From contig VGLH01000001.1 of the NCBI GenBank assembly GCA_016866785.1, forward strand, positions 7,356 through 71,355: DNA of 64,000 nucleotides. Reading direction: 5' to 3'. The stretch is from Candidatus Poribacteria bacterium (GTDB taxonomy: Bacteria > Poribacteria > WGA-4E > GCA-2687025). The first letter of the stretch is position 1, and each line of letters starts with the position of its first letter. Both the position numbers and the translations under genes were made by a program. Under the pieces are notes generated by a model. That model did no database searches. It was given only the letters and a program-made list of their open reading frames with translations, and was not told the origin of the DNA. Positions 30,419-39,965 of the stretch are shown here, piece by piece.

Positions 30419-30688
30419 ATGGAGTTCTTCGGACTCGTATTCCCCTTCATCGTCGCACTGGTGCTGATCAACCGCGTCTTCGACTACCAGAAGGCGAAGG
30501 TGTTGTCGAGGACGCAGGATCGCGATGCTCAGCAGCTCGCGGGCTTGCGCGAAGACATCGGTCGGCTGCAGGAGATGGTCGCCGACGTGCTGCTGGAGCT
30601 CGACGAGCAGCGGCGGCTGCGGTCCACCGGCTCCGCCCCGCCTCTCCCGCCATCGTCGCGCGCTGAGCAGGAACGGAATCACTCGTGA
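30419..30688 (+). CDS. Small membrane-anchored coiled-coil protein (89 aa)
   Basis: GAGGAAGG RBS; N-terminal TM helix then heptad region LREDIGRLQEMVADVLLE. Confidence 0.7.
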   Translation: MEFFGLVFPFIVALVLINRVFDYQKAKVLSRTQDRDAQQLAGLREDIGRLQEMVADVLLELDEQRRLRSTGSAPPLPPSSRAEQERNHS

Positions 30689-30945
30689 TGTCGCTTTGGC
30701 TGTTCTTGACGATCGCTGCGCTCTGCGTGACCGTGATTTCGCTCTTCGCGCTGCGGATGGTTCTCGGTCCGCCTCACATCCCCAGTCGCCATTCGTCTGG
30801 AGAGCTAGAGGACCTCCGCCGGGCTATCGAGGACATACAGCGGCGCGTTGCGTCAATCCAAGAGACCCTATCCGACGTGCTCGTCGAGCAAGAGCGTCTG
30901 AGCGAATCCGACCACGCGCCCTCCATCGGACGTTCCGACACGTAG
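30685..30945 (+). CDS. Small membrane-anchored coiled-coil protein (86 aa), probable paralogue of the upstream gene
   Basis: GTGA overlap with the upstream stop; TM helix then IQETLSDVLVE. Confidence 0.7.
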   Translation: MMSLWLFLTIAALCVTVISLFALRMVLGPPHIPSRHSSGELEDLRRAIEDIQRRVASIQETLSDVLVEQERLSESDHAPSIGRSDT

Positions 30946-30997
30946 CCGGCTCGACGCCGCCTCGACGTTGCCGCACCTACACGGTTCTGAAGACAGA

Positions 30998-31027
30998 AAG
31001 GGCGGCGAGCCCATGCCCGCCGCCCTT
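30998..31027 (-). terminator. Intrinsic terminator of groESL
   Basis: AAGGGCGGCG...CGCCGCCCTT inverted repeat running into TTTCTGTCTT on the minus strand, 20 nt after the groL stop. Confidence 0.75.
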
Positions 31028-31047
31028 CACAGTGTACCGGTTCTGGA

Positions 31048-33004
<1,957 letters not shown>

Positions 33005-33070
33005 GCGTAGTCTCCTGTGATCGCTCCCAACCTGTCTGGAACGGCACTCATCGCCGTTTGCGGCAAGGAG

Positions 33071-33097
33071 TTAGCAATCGGCGTGCCAGAGTGCCAA
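33071..33097. promoter_or_regulatory. CIRCE element (HrcA operator)
   Basis: TTAGCAATC-N9-GAGTGCCAA versus consensus TTAGCACTC-N9-GAGTGCTAA (one mismatch per arm), 66 nt upstream of groS. Confidence 0.8.
33073..33089 (-). promoter_or_regulatory. Sigma-54 -24/-12 promoter facing groES
   Basis: Minus strand CTGGCACGCCGATTGCT with exact GG-N10-GC spacing, matching TGGCACG-N4-TTGCW. Confidence 0.75.
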
Positions 33098-33172
33098 CTC
33101 ACGTGAGTCATGCCGAAAACCCCCGCCAATACTGCGATCTCGTGTTCTGTCGAATGGCTAGGAAGATAGATC

Positions 33173-33223
33173 GAGCCGTTTTGGCACTGCTTTGCTCCAC
33201 GGATGTAGAGCCATTATGGCACT
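33173..33223. repeat. Tandem 16-bp dyad-symmetric direct repeat, candidate enhancer (UAS)
   Basis: GAGCCGTTTTGGCACT (33173-33188) and GAGCCATTATGGCACT (33208-33223), 14/16 identical, 35-bp period. Confidence 0.6.
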
Positions 33224-33367
33224 CTCGCGTTCGGCGCGCACTTTCTGGCACGGCGGAGTCGTGTCCGATCCCATCCGGCAAGCGTTGCGCGCCTGTTGGG
33301 CGTTGGCTACATTCGGTACCGAGTGGGGCGGAGGATGGGCTGAGCCCCGTACACGAGGAGCACCAGA

Positions 33368-34144
33368 GTGGAGAGACGGTTCCTACTTGTAGTCCTGGTT
33401 GCGCTCTGCCTAGGAGCCGCATCCGCGGCCTTGGCGCAGGTCGAGAACGCCGTTGGCATTTGGCTGTTCGACGAGGGTTCGGGCGAGATCGCCAAGGACG
33501 GTTCCGGACTGGGCAACAACGGCAAGATCATCGGCGCGAAGTACGTCGACGGGAAGTTCGGCAAGGCGCTTCAGATGAACGGAGCCGACCAGTACGTCCA
33601 GGTTCCGGACGCGAAGTCGCTTGACCTCGAGACCGAGCTCTCGATGGTCTGCTGGTTCAACTGGGAAGGGTCCGGCGACGGCTGGCAGACGTTCTTCTCA
33701 AAGGGCCCCATGTCGGGCACCAATGAGAACTGGGCGCTGTTCATCAACACCGGGTCGAAGTACTTCCATTTCGTCATCACGCCGAACGGCGGCCGCACCA
33801 ACTTCGACTCGCCAGGAGGAGCGTTCGACGCCAAGAAGTGGACGCACGTCGCCGCCACGTACGACGGCAAGACGCGCCGGATCTACGTGAACGGCAAGAT
33901 GGTGGGCGAAACGGGCACCAGCGGCAAGACGACCCCCAACGACAACTTCCTGGGCATCGGCTGGCGCGAGGGCTCGTCCCATTGGTGGAAAGGCTCGCTC
34001 GACGAGATGGCGGTTTTCAACAAGGCGATCACGGAGAAGCAGATCACTACCATCTATGAGCAGGGAATCGACTCGCTCTTGGCGGTGCAGCCCAAGGACA
34101 AGGTGACGGTTGCCTGGGGCGAAATCAAGCGCGCCTACCCCTAG
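33368..34144 (+). CDS. Secreted LamG/concanavalin-A-like domain protein with C-terminal VQPKDKVTVAWGEIK motif
   Basis: Signal peptide; WLFDEGSG, GKFGKAL, WTHVAATYDG, GSLDEMAVFNKA. Confidence 0.9.
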   Translation: MERRFLLVVLVALCLGAASAALAQVENAVGIWLFDEGSGEIAKDGSGLGNNGKIIGAKYVDGKFGKALQMNGADQYVQVPDAKSLDLETELSMVCWFNWEGSGDGWQTFFSKGPMSGTNENWALFINTGSKYFHFVITPNGGRTNFDSPGGAFDAKKWTHVAATYDGKTRRIYVNGKMVGETGTSGKTTPNDNFLGIGWREGSSHWWKGSLDEMAVFNKAITEKQITTIYEQGIDSLLAVQPKDKVTVAWGEIKRAYP

Positions 34145-34246
34145 CACATCGGCTCTTCGAGACGACGATGGGGCAGGTCTTACGGCCTGCCCCATTGACT
34201 TGGATCGACGCACGACAGCGCGACACGAACCATTGGAGGCAGTGCC

Positions 34247-35893
34247 ATGCCGCTTCGATGCGCGAGCCATGAGACGCTCATCGCAGAGACCGACCGGTTT
34301 GTCGCGCGCTTCGAGGGCGGCGCGTTGATCAGCCTAGTGTCCCGTGGGACTGGCACTGAATGGTGTCGGAACGGCGAAGCGCCCTTCCCGGTCGAGATCT
34401 ACTATGCACAGGGCGATTCCTACGGACGCGACAAGCACCAGCGGATCACGGTGAAGCTCCTGTCCGAGCTCGCCGCGCGAATCGTGTTCATCGGGAACGA
34501 TACGGATCGAGAGCTGTTCGTGCGACTCGATCCATCTACGGGCGATCTGTGCGTCACGCCGTCGGCGCAGGGAGCTCGTCGCGGCATCGTTTCGGCTCGG
34601 TGGAACGTGCCGTTCGCCAAGGAAGCTGCCCTCATCCTGCCTTGTGTGAACGGCATCCGCGTCGACTCGGATCGCGAGTTCCCCCGGAACGATCGGTTCC
34701 CGTGGCCCTTCCGTTGGAACGCGCAGCTCGCCGTCGCGGAGATGGGCCGCGAGTCGTTGATGATTCACGCAGAGGACACTTCCTACAAGTTCAAGGCGCT
34801 GAACCTGAATCGGCGCGAAGGGGCGTCAACGCTCGGGTTCGAGAGCGAGCAGCCTGGACCCGTGTGGCAGAACCGGAACGCCGGGGGCGTGGAGTGGCGC
34901 GTCAATGTCTACGACGGCGATTGGCGCGCGCCCGTCGCCCGGTACCGCGCGTGGATGAACCGCACGTACTCGCTGGCGGCAAAGCGCGCCTCTCGGCCCG
35001 ACTGGGTGGATGGCATTCGGTTCTCGATTGGCTGGGCGAGCCCGAACGTCGCCGTTCTGGATGCGTTCGCCCGAATCTTTCCGCCCAACCAAACGCTCAT
35101 CCATCTCAGTAACTGGCGCACCAGCGCGTACGATGTCGACTACCCCGACTACGTTCCCACCGACGACACCAGGGCGTACCTCGCGAAGGCGAACGAGATG
35201 GGCTTCAAGGTGATGCCCCATTTCAACTACTTCGCCCTCGACGAGGACCACGCCGTCTACGGCAAGGTGCGCGACTGGCAGATTCGCGGGGCGTATCGGA
35301 ACGATCCGCAGGGCTGGTACTGGCCCCCAGAGTCGCACGACTACACGCGGATGGGCTTCATCCACCCAGGACTGGGCTCATGGAGGCGCACGATCATCGA
35401 CGCGTCGCTGGAGGCCGCACGAGATCTACAGGCACCGGCGATCTTCATCGACCAGACGTTGTGCACGTGGAACACGGACAACGGCCTCGTCGAGGGCATG
35501 ACGACGCCCGAAGGCATGTGGCGCATGCAAGAGGAGTACGTCGCCGTGCAGCCCGATCTCGTGCTGGCTGGCGAGGGCTTGACCGAGATCAGCTTCCAAC
35601 GCGAGTGTTTCGCGCAGGCGCATATCCACGACGGCTGGGGCGACCTGCGCGACGAACACATTCCTGCCGCGCATGGCATCTGCGCGGAGCTGTGGCGCGG
35701 ACACACGCGCTTCGTGGGATACTACCACCTGCATCCGACGCAGAAAGACGCGCACATCGCCATTGAGGTCTATCGTCGGATGGGAGCCATTCCGACGTTG
35801 ATCTGCAACGAGCCTTCGCTGATCACGCTGGATCAGCCGATCGTGAAGCGCCTCATCGAGCTTGCAGCGGGCAACGACGGCGCATCAGGCTGA
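34247..35893 (+). CDS. Hypothetical glycoside-hydrolase-like protein (DUF6259-like)
   Basis: GGAGG RBS; YDVDYPDY, GFKVMPHFN and IFIDQT resemble a GH TIM-barrel core; family assignment tentative. Confidence 0.55.
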   Translation: MPLRCASHETLIAETDRFVARFEGGALISLVSRGTGTEWCRNGEAPFPVEIYYAQGDSYGRDKHQRITVKLLSELAARIVFIGNDTDRELFVRLDPSTGDLCVTPSAQGARRGIVSARWNVPFAKEAALILPCVNGIRVDSDREFPRNDRFPWPFRWNAQLAVAEMGRESLMIHAEDTSYKFKALNLNRREGASTLGFESEQPGPVWQNRNAGGVEWRVNVYDGDWRAPVARYRAWMNRTYSLAAKRASRPDWVDGIRFSIGWASPNVAVLDAFARIFPPNQTLIHLSNWRTSAYDVDYPDYVPTDDTRAYLAKANEMGFKVMPHFNYFALDEDHAVYGKVRDWQIRGAYRNDPQGWYWPPESHDYTRMGFIHPGLGSWRRTIIDASLEAARDLQAPAIFIDQTLCTWNTDNGLVEGMTTPEGMWRMQEEYVAVQPDLVLAGEGLTEISFQRECFAQAHIHDGWGDLRDEHIPAAHGICAELWRGHTRFVGYYHLHPTQKDAHIAIEVYRRMGAIPTLICNEPSLITLDQPIVKRLIELAAGNDGASG

Positions 35894-35949
35894 ACCAACC
35901 CATACAGTGCGCGCGGATTGCTCGCGCGCGAACACGTAGGAGTGACCCG

Positions 35950-36576
35950 ATGGCTGGCTCGCCTCCGAGTGGAGCGGTTGTGCTATTTGACGGCAGCGAT
36001 CTCAACGGCTGGACGACGCGTTCCGGCGGAGCGCCTGGATGGCAGGTGTCTCACGGGATCATGACGGTCGTGCCGAAGTCCGGCGACATCATGAGCCGGT
36101 ACACGTTCCGAGACAGCCTACTACATTTGGAGTTCCGCTGCCCCGACATGCCCGAAGCCCGGGGACAGGCGAAGGGAAACAGCGGCGTGTTCCTTCAGGG
36201 TCGGTACGAGATCCAGGTGCTCGATTCATACGGAATCCCTGTCCCGGGCAAGGGCGATTGCGCTGCTATCTACGACCAGTTCGCCCCACTGACGAACGCC
36301 TGCAAGCCGCCGATGGAGTGGCAGTCGTACGACGCGTGCTTCCGAGCTGCGCGCGTCGATGGCGATGGCAAGACCATCACGCCGGCGCGGATCACCCTAC
36401 TGCACAACGGCGTCGTCGTGCACAACAACGTGCAGACGAACGGGCCCACCGGCGGCTCCGTCGACCTGAACGTCGGAGAACCGGGTCCGCTGCTGCTCCA
36501 GGATCACGGGAACCTGGTGTCGTATCGGAACGTGTGGGTGTTGCCGCTGGCGGAAGAGGGTTCGTCGGCTTACTAG
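35950..36576 (+). CDS. DUF1080 (3-keto-disaccharide hydrolase family) protein
   Basis: VLFDGSDL, LHLEF, GNSGVFLQGRYEIQVLDS, LQDHG, YRNVW. Confidence 0.92.
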   Translation: MAGSPPSGAVVLFDGSDLNGWTTRSGGAPGWQVSHGIMTVVPKSGDIMSRYTFRDSLLHLEFRCPDMPEARGQAKGNSGVFLQGRYEIQVLDSYGIPVPGKGDCAAIYDQFAPLTNACKPPMEWQSYDACFRAARVDGDGKTITPARITLLHNGVVVHNNVQTNGPTGGSVDLNVGEPGPLLLQDHGNLVSYRNVWVLPLAEEGSSAY

Positions 36577-36583
36577 GGCGTTC

Positions 36584-36610
36584 GGATGGCGGCGACCTTC
36601 GCCGCCATCC
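36584..36610. terminator. Hairpin between convergent genes (probable bidirectional terminator)
   Basis: Perfect 12-bp inverted repeat GGATGGCGGCGA-CCT-TCGCCGCCATCC. Confidence 0.65.
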
Positions 36611-36620
36611 CCCAAGCCGT

Positions 36621-36854
36621 CTACTTCACTTCAAAGGGCAGCAAGGCGAGCATTCGGGCGCGCTTGATCGCGACCATCAGCTTGCGCTGTCCCCGCGACG
36701 AAAGGTAGGTCGTGCGTCGCGGGCGAATCTTGCCTCGGTCCGTCAAGTATTGGCGGATGAAGCCCAGGTTCTTGTAGTCGATCTGCTTCTCGATCGCCTC
36801 CAACTGCTCGCGGGTGAGGCGTCGTCGTCGTCCGCCTCGTGCTGCTCGCACCAC
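36621..36854 (-). CDS. rpsR: 30S ribosomal protein S18 (no cysteines)
   Basis: [35 protein letters not shown] start after GAGGAG. Confidence 0.92.
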   Translation of the reverse strand: MVRAARGGRRRRLTREQLEAIEKQIDYKNLGFIRQYLTDRGKIRPRRTTYLSSRGQRKLMVAIKRARMLALLPFEVK

Positions 36855-37002
36855 GTCGTGCTCCTCATGGGGGTCGCGTTGGTTCGTGTCTCTTCCAGGA
36901 CCTAGCCGTCCGCGCACCTGTCGAGGGGCTGTGCGACCCATCCCTTTCTGGGACCCCTCCGGCCGGCGCGAAGCGCACGGGTGCGCGGGTCAGACCTAAC
37001 CC

Positions 37003-37032
37003 ATTGTACCCGCCCGGTTCGCGGTCGGTCAA
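37003..37032 (-). promoter_or_regulatory. Sigma-70-type promoter of rpsR
   Basis: Minus strand TTGACC-N18-TACAAT, leaving a leader of about 140 nt. Confidence 0.65.
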
Positions 37033-37041
37033 CGGACTCGG

Positions 37042-37911
37042 CTACCCGATCGGCGTGCCCGTCGTCTGCGTCAGCTCGCGGAACGCCTCGGTCAGCTTGC
37101 GAGTGACGCTCCCCGGAAGACCGTCGCCGATCACCCGCCGGTCGACCATGACCACAGGGATCAGCTCTGCCGCCGTGCCGGTGAGGAAGCACTCGTCGGC
37201 GGTATAGACCTCGTAGCGGGTGAAGAGCGTCTGCTTTGTGGGCATCCCCTGCTCTGCCGCCAGTCCGAGCACGACGTTCCGCGTGATGCCCTCAAGGGCT
37301 CCGACATGCGAGGGAGGCGTCAACAACGCGCCGTCGCGGACGACGAAGATGTTGTCGCCGGTGCACTCGACGACATAGCCCTCCTGGTTCAGCATGATCG
37401 CCTCGGGAACCCCTGCGATCTGCCCCTCGATCTTCGCCAGGATGTTGTTCAGATAGTTCAGCGACTTGATCCGCGGGTTCAGCGCCTCGGCGATGTTCCG
37501 GCGGGTCGGGACGGTCACGACCTCCAAGCCCTGTTCGTAGTACTTCTCCGGGTACAGGGCGATCTTACCCGCGATGCAGAACACCGATGCCCGGGGACAT
37601 TTCTCGGGTCCCAAGCCCAGGTCGCCGACGCCGCGCGTGACGACCAGGCGCACGTAGGCATCGCGCAGACCGTTGCGTCGGATCGTGTCTAGGACGATGC
37701 CCTCCATCTCGCCCTGCGTCAGAGGGATCGTCAGCATGATCGCCTTCGCGGAGTCGTAGAGGCGCTGCAGATGCTCATCGAGGCGGAATACGCGGCCGTT
37801 GTAGGCTCGAATGCCTTCAAAGACCCCGTCGCCGTACAGCAGTCCATGGTCGAAGACGGAAACCTTGGCGTCCTCCTTGGACACGAAGCTGCCGTCGAGA
37901 TAGATGATCAT
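37042..37911 (-). CDS. ilvE: Branched-chain amino acid aminotransferase
   Basis: DHGLLYGDGVFEGIR, IKSLNYLNN, ECTGDNIF, LEGITR, TGTAAE. Confidence 0.95.
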   Translation of the reverse strand: MIIYLDGSFVSKEDAKVSVFDHGLLYGDGVFEGIRAYNGRVFRLDEHLQRLYDSAKAIMLTIPLTQGEMEGIVLDTIRRNGLRDAYVRLVVTRGVGDLGLGPEKCPRASVFCIAGKIALYPEKYYEQGLEVVTVPTRRNIAEALNPRIKSLNYLNNILAKIEGQIAGVPEAIMLNQEGYVVECTGDNIFVVRDGALLTPPSHVGALEGITRNVVLGLAAEQGMPTKQTLFTRYEVYTADECFLTGTAAELIPVVMVDRRVIGDGLPGSVTRKLTEAFRELTQTTGTPIG

Positions 37912-37929
37912 CCGCGTCGCCTTCCTGCC

Positions 37930-38652
37930 CTATGGCACATCCGTGGCGGCTGCACTGATCCGCCCGTCCAACAAGTGTATCGTACGGTCCGCGCGTTGGG
38001 CGAGCTCCGCGTTGTGGGTGACGACGACGAAGGTCTGACCCAGCCGGTCTCGCAGCCCCCAGATCATGTCGTGGATCGCCTGACTGGTTGCGCGGTCCAG
38101 GTTCCCGGTCGGTTCGTCTGCTAGGATGACGCGAGGGGAGTTGACGAGCGCCCGCGCAATGGCGACGCGCTGCCGCTCTCCTCCCGAGAGCTTGGGGGGG
38201 CGGTGCGCGGTTCGCGCGCTCATTCCCACCAAGTCCAGAAGCTCTCGCGCCCTCGTCGCAGCAGCCGCGGGCTTGTCCCCGGCAATCAGAGCGCTCATCG
38301 CGACATTCTCTGCGGCAGAGAACTCAGGCAGCAGATGATGGAACTGGAACACGAAGCCCACGTCGCTCCGGCGGAATCGAGTCAAGGCACGGTCATCGTG
38401 CGACGTGATCTCGATGCCTTCGTATCGAATCGAGCCGGATGTGGGGCGGTCGAGTCCGCCCAGCAGGTGAAGCAGCGTGCTCTTTCCGGCTCCCGAAGCG
38501 CCGACGACAGCGATGATCTCCGATTGGCGGATCGTCAGATCGACGCCACGGAGCACCTCCGTCGTCACATCGCCGTCACGGAACGACTTGAAGAGCCCTT
38601 CGACCGAGATGAAAACGTCTGGAAACAGCACGGCTCGCGCGTCTCTACTCAT
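37930..38652 (-). CDS. lolD: Lipoprotein-releasing ABC transporter ATP-binding protein
   Basis: [46 protein letters not shown]. Confidence 0.9.
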   Translation of the reverse strand: MSRDARAVLFPDVFISVEGLFKSFRDGDVTTEVLRGVDLTIRQSEIIAVVGASGAGKSTLLHLLGGLDRPTSGSIRYEGIEITSHDDRALTRFRRSDVGFVFQFHHLLPEFSAAENVAMSALIAGDKPAAAATRARELLDLVGMSARTAHRPPKLSGGERQRVAIARALVNSPRVILADEPTGNLDRATSQAIHDMIWGLRDRLGQTFVVVTHNAELAQRADRTIHLLDGRISAAATDVP

Positions 38653-39913
38653 ATCGGAGCGCCTCGACGGGGCGAAGCCTCGACGCCCGGTATGCCGGAT
38701 AGAGGCTCGCGAGCCAACACACGGCGATGGCGAGGGCGTTCACGCTCGCCACGTAGCCCCAACTCACCTTCACCGGCACGTAGTCCACTTGGTAGACCTC
38801 GCCCGGCAACGGGATGCGCAGGTAGTGCTTCAGCAGCCAGCAGAGCCCCAAGCTGACGACCGTGCCCAGAATCGCGCCGATGACACCAATGATCGTGCCG
38901 TTCAGCATGAAGAGCCGCAACACGCTGCCGCGCTCGGCTCCCAGAGCCCTCAGTGCTCCGATCTCCCTCGTCTTCTCCATCACGAGCATGATGAGCGTAA
39001 TCGCCGTGCTGAACGCCGCGACGACGATGATGAGAGCCAGCGTCACAAACGTGAGACGCTTTTCGAGCTCCAAGGCTCCGAAGAACGAGCCGCGCAGCTC
39101 CTTCCACGTCTTCGGCAGGTATTCTAGGCCGTATCGCTCGAGGATCGCCCGTTGCACGGTGTCCGCGTCGTCGGGCGTGTCGGTTCGCACCTCGATCTGT
39201 GACACGTCGGTCGGCGTTCGGTACAGCGATTGCGCCGCCGTCAGCGATACGAACGCCATGTTCGAGTCCATCTCGTAGAGACCCGACGTGTAGAGGTCAA
39301 CGACCACGAACACGCGCGGCACGGGATAGATCCGCCCGTACGGATCCTCCTTGAAGTCGGCGAACACGAAGAGCGGGTCGCCGACGCGCACCTGCAATCG
39401 ACGCGCAAGCGCCCATCCGAGGATGATGCCGCCCTGGATCGTGTCGTCCGCCGGAACGCGAGGGCTGTCTCCCTGCTGCAGAGGCGCGATCAGGTCGGGT
39501 CGCTCGAGATCAAGGGCTCCGGTGCGCAGGTAGCTGCCGAGATCGGTCACACCGCTGATCGTCGCTGGGTCGATCCCTTTCACCAGAGCCCCCGACAGCC
39601 TGTCGCGGTCGTCGTAGTTGCGCAGAAGGGCTTGGTTCATGATCGTTGGCGTTGCTCCGGTCACCTTGGGAATGGCGCGGAGTTCGTCGATGAACGCGTT
39701 GTGGTCCCCGAACGAACCTCCCTGCGGGAGCACGACCAGGTACGGTTCGGAACCCAGCAGTCGGTCGCGTAGAGTCGTCTGGAAGCCGTTGAAGACGGAT
39801 AGCGAGACGATTACCACGACGACGCCAAGCATCACGCCTCCTGCGGACATGATCGTCTGGGCGGGCTTGGCACGCAGGTAGCGAAGACCGATGAGGTACT
39901 CGAAGTACTTCAT
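38645..39913 (-). CDS. Lipoprotein-releasing ABC transporter permease (LolC/E family)
   Basis: [44 protein letters not shown]. Confidence 0.9.
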   Translation of the reverse strand: MKYFEYLIGLRYLRAKPAQTIMSAGGVMLGVVVVIVSLSVFNGFQTTLRDRLLGSEPYLVVLPQGGSFGDHNAFIDELRAIPKVTGATPTIMNQALLRNYDDRDRLSGALVKGIDPATISGVTDLGSYLRTGALDLERPDLIAPLQQGDSPRVPADDTIQGGIILGWALARRLQVRVGDPLFVFADFKEDPYGRIYPVPRVFVVVDLYTSGLYEMDSNMAFVSLTAAQSLYRTPTDVSQIEVRTDTPDDADTVQRAILERYGLEYLPKTWKELRGSFFGALELEKRLTFVTLALIIVVAAFSTAITLIMLVMEKTREIGALRALGAERGSVLRLFMLNGTIIGVIGAILGTVVSLGLCWLLKHYLRIPLPGEVYQVDYVPVKVSWGYVASVNALAIAVCWLASLYPAYRASRLRPVEALRYE

Positions 39914-39965
39914 CGTGTCGCGCAGGCTGAAGGCAGCAACAAGGGGAAGGACTCCAGCATCGCGC

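Noticed and set aside
33181..33196. TTGGCACTGCTTTGCT as a plus-strand sigma-54 promoter for the LamG gene
   Set aside because: GG-to-GC spacing is 9 nt, not the required 10; better explained as part of the 16-bp repeat
36895..36960. Resemblance of the rpsR leader (GAAA loop then GGGTCGCACAGCC) to a c-di-GMP-I riboswitch
   Set aside because: Lacks the 5' GGCAAAC segment and a recognisable tetraloop receptor; cannot be called without an Infernal search
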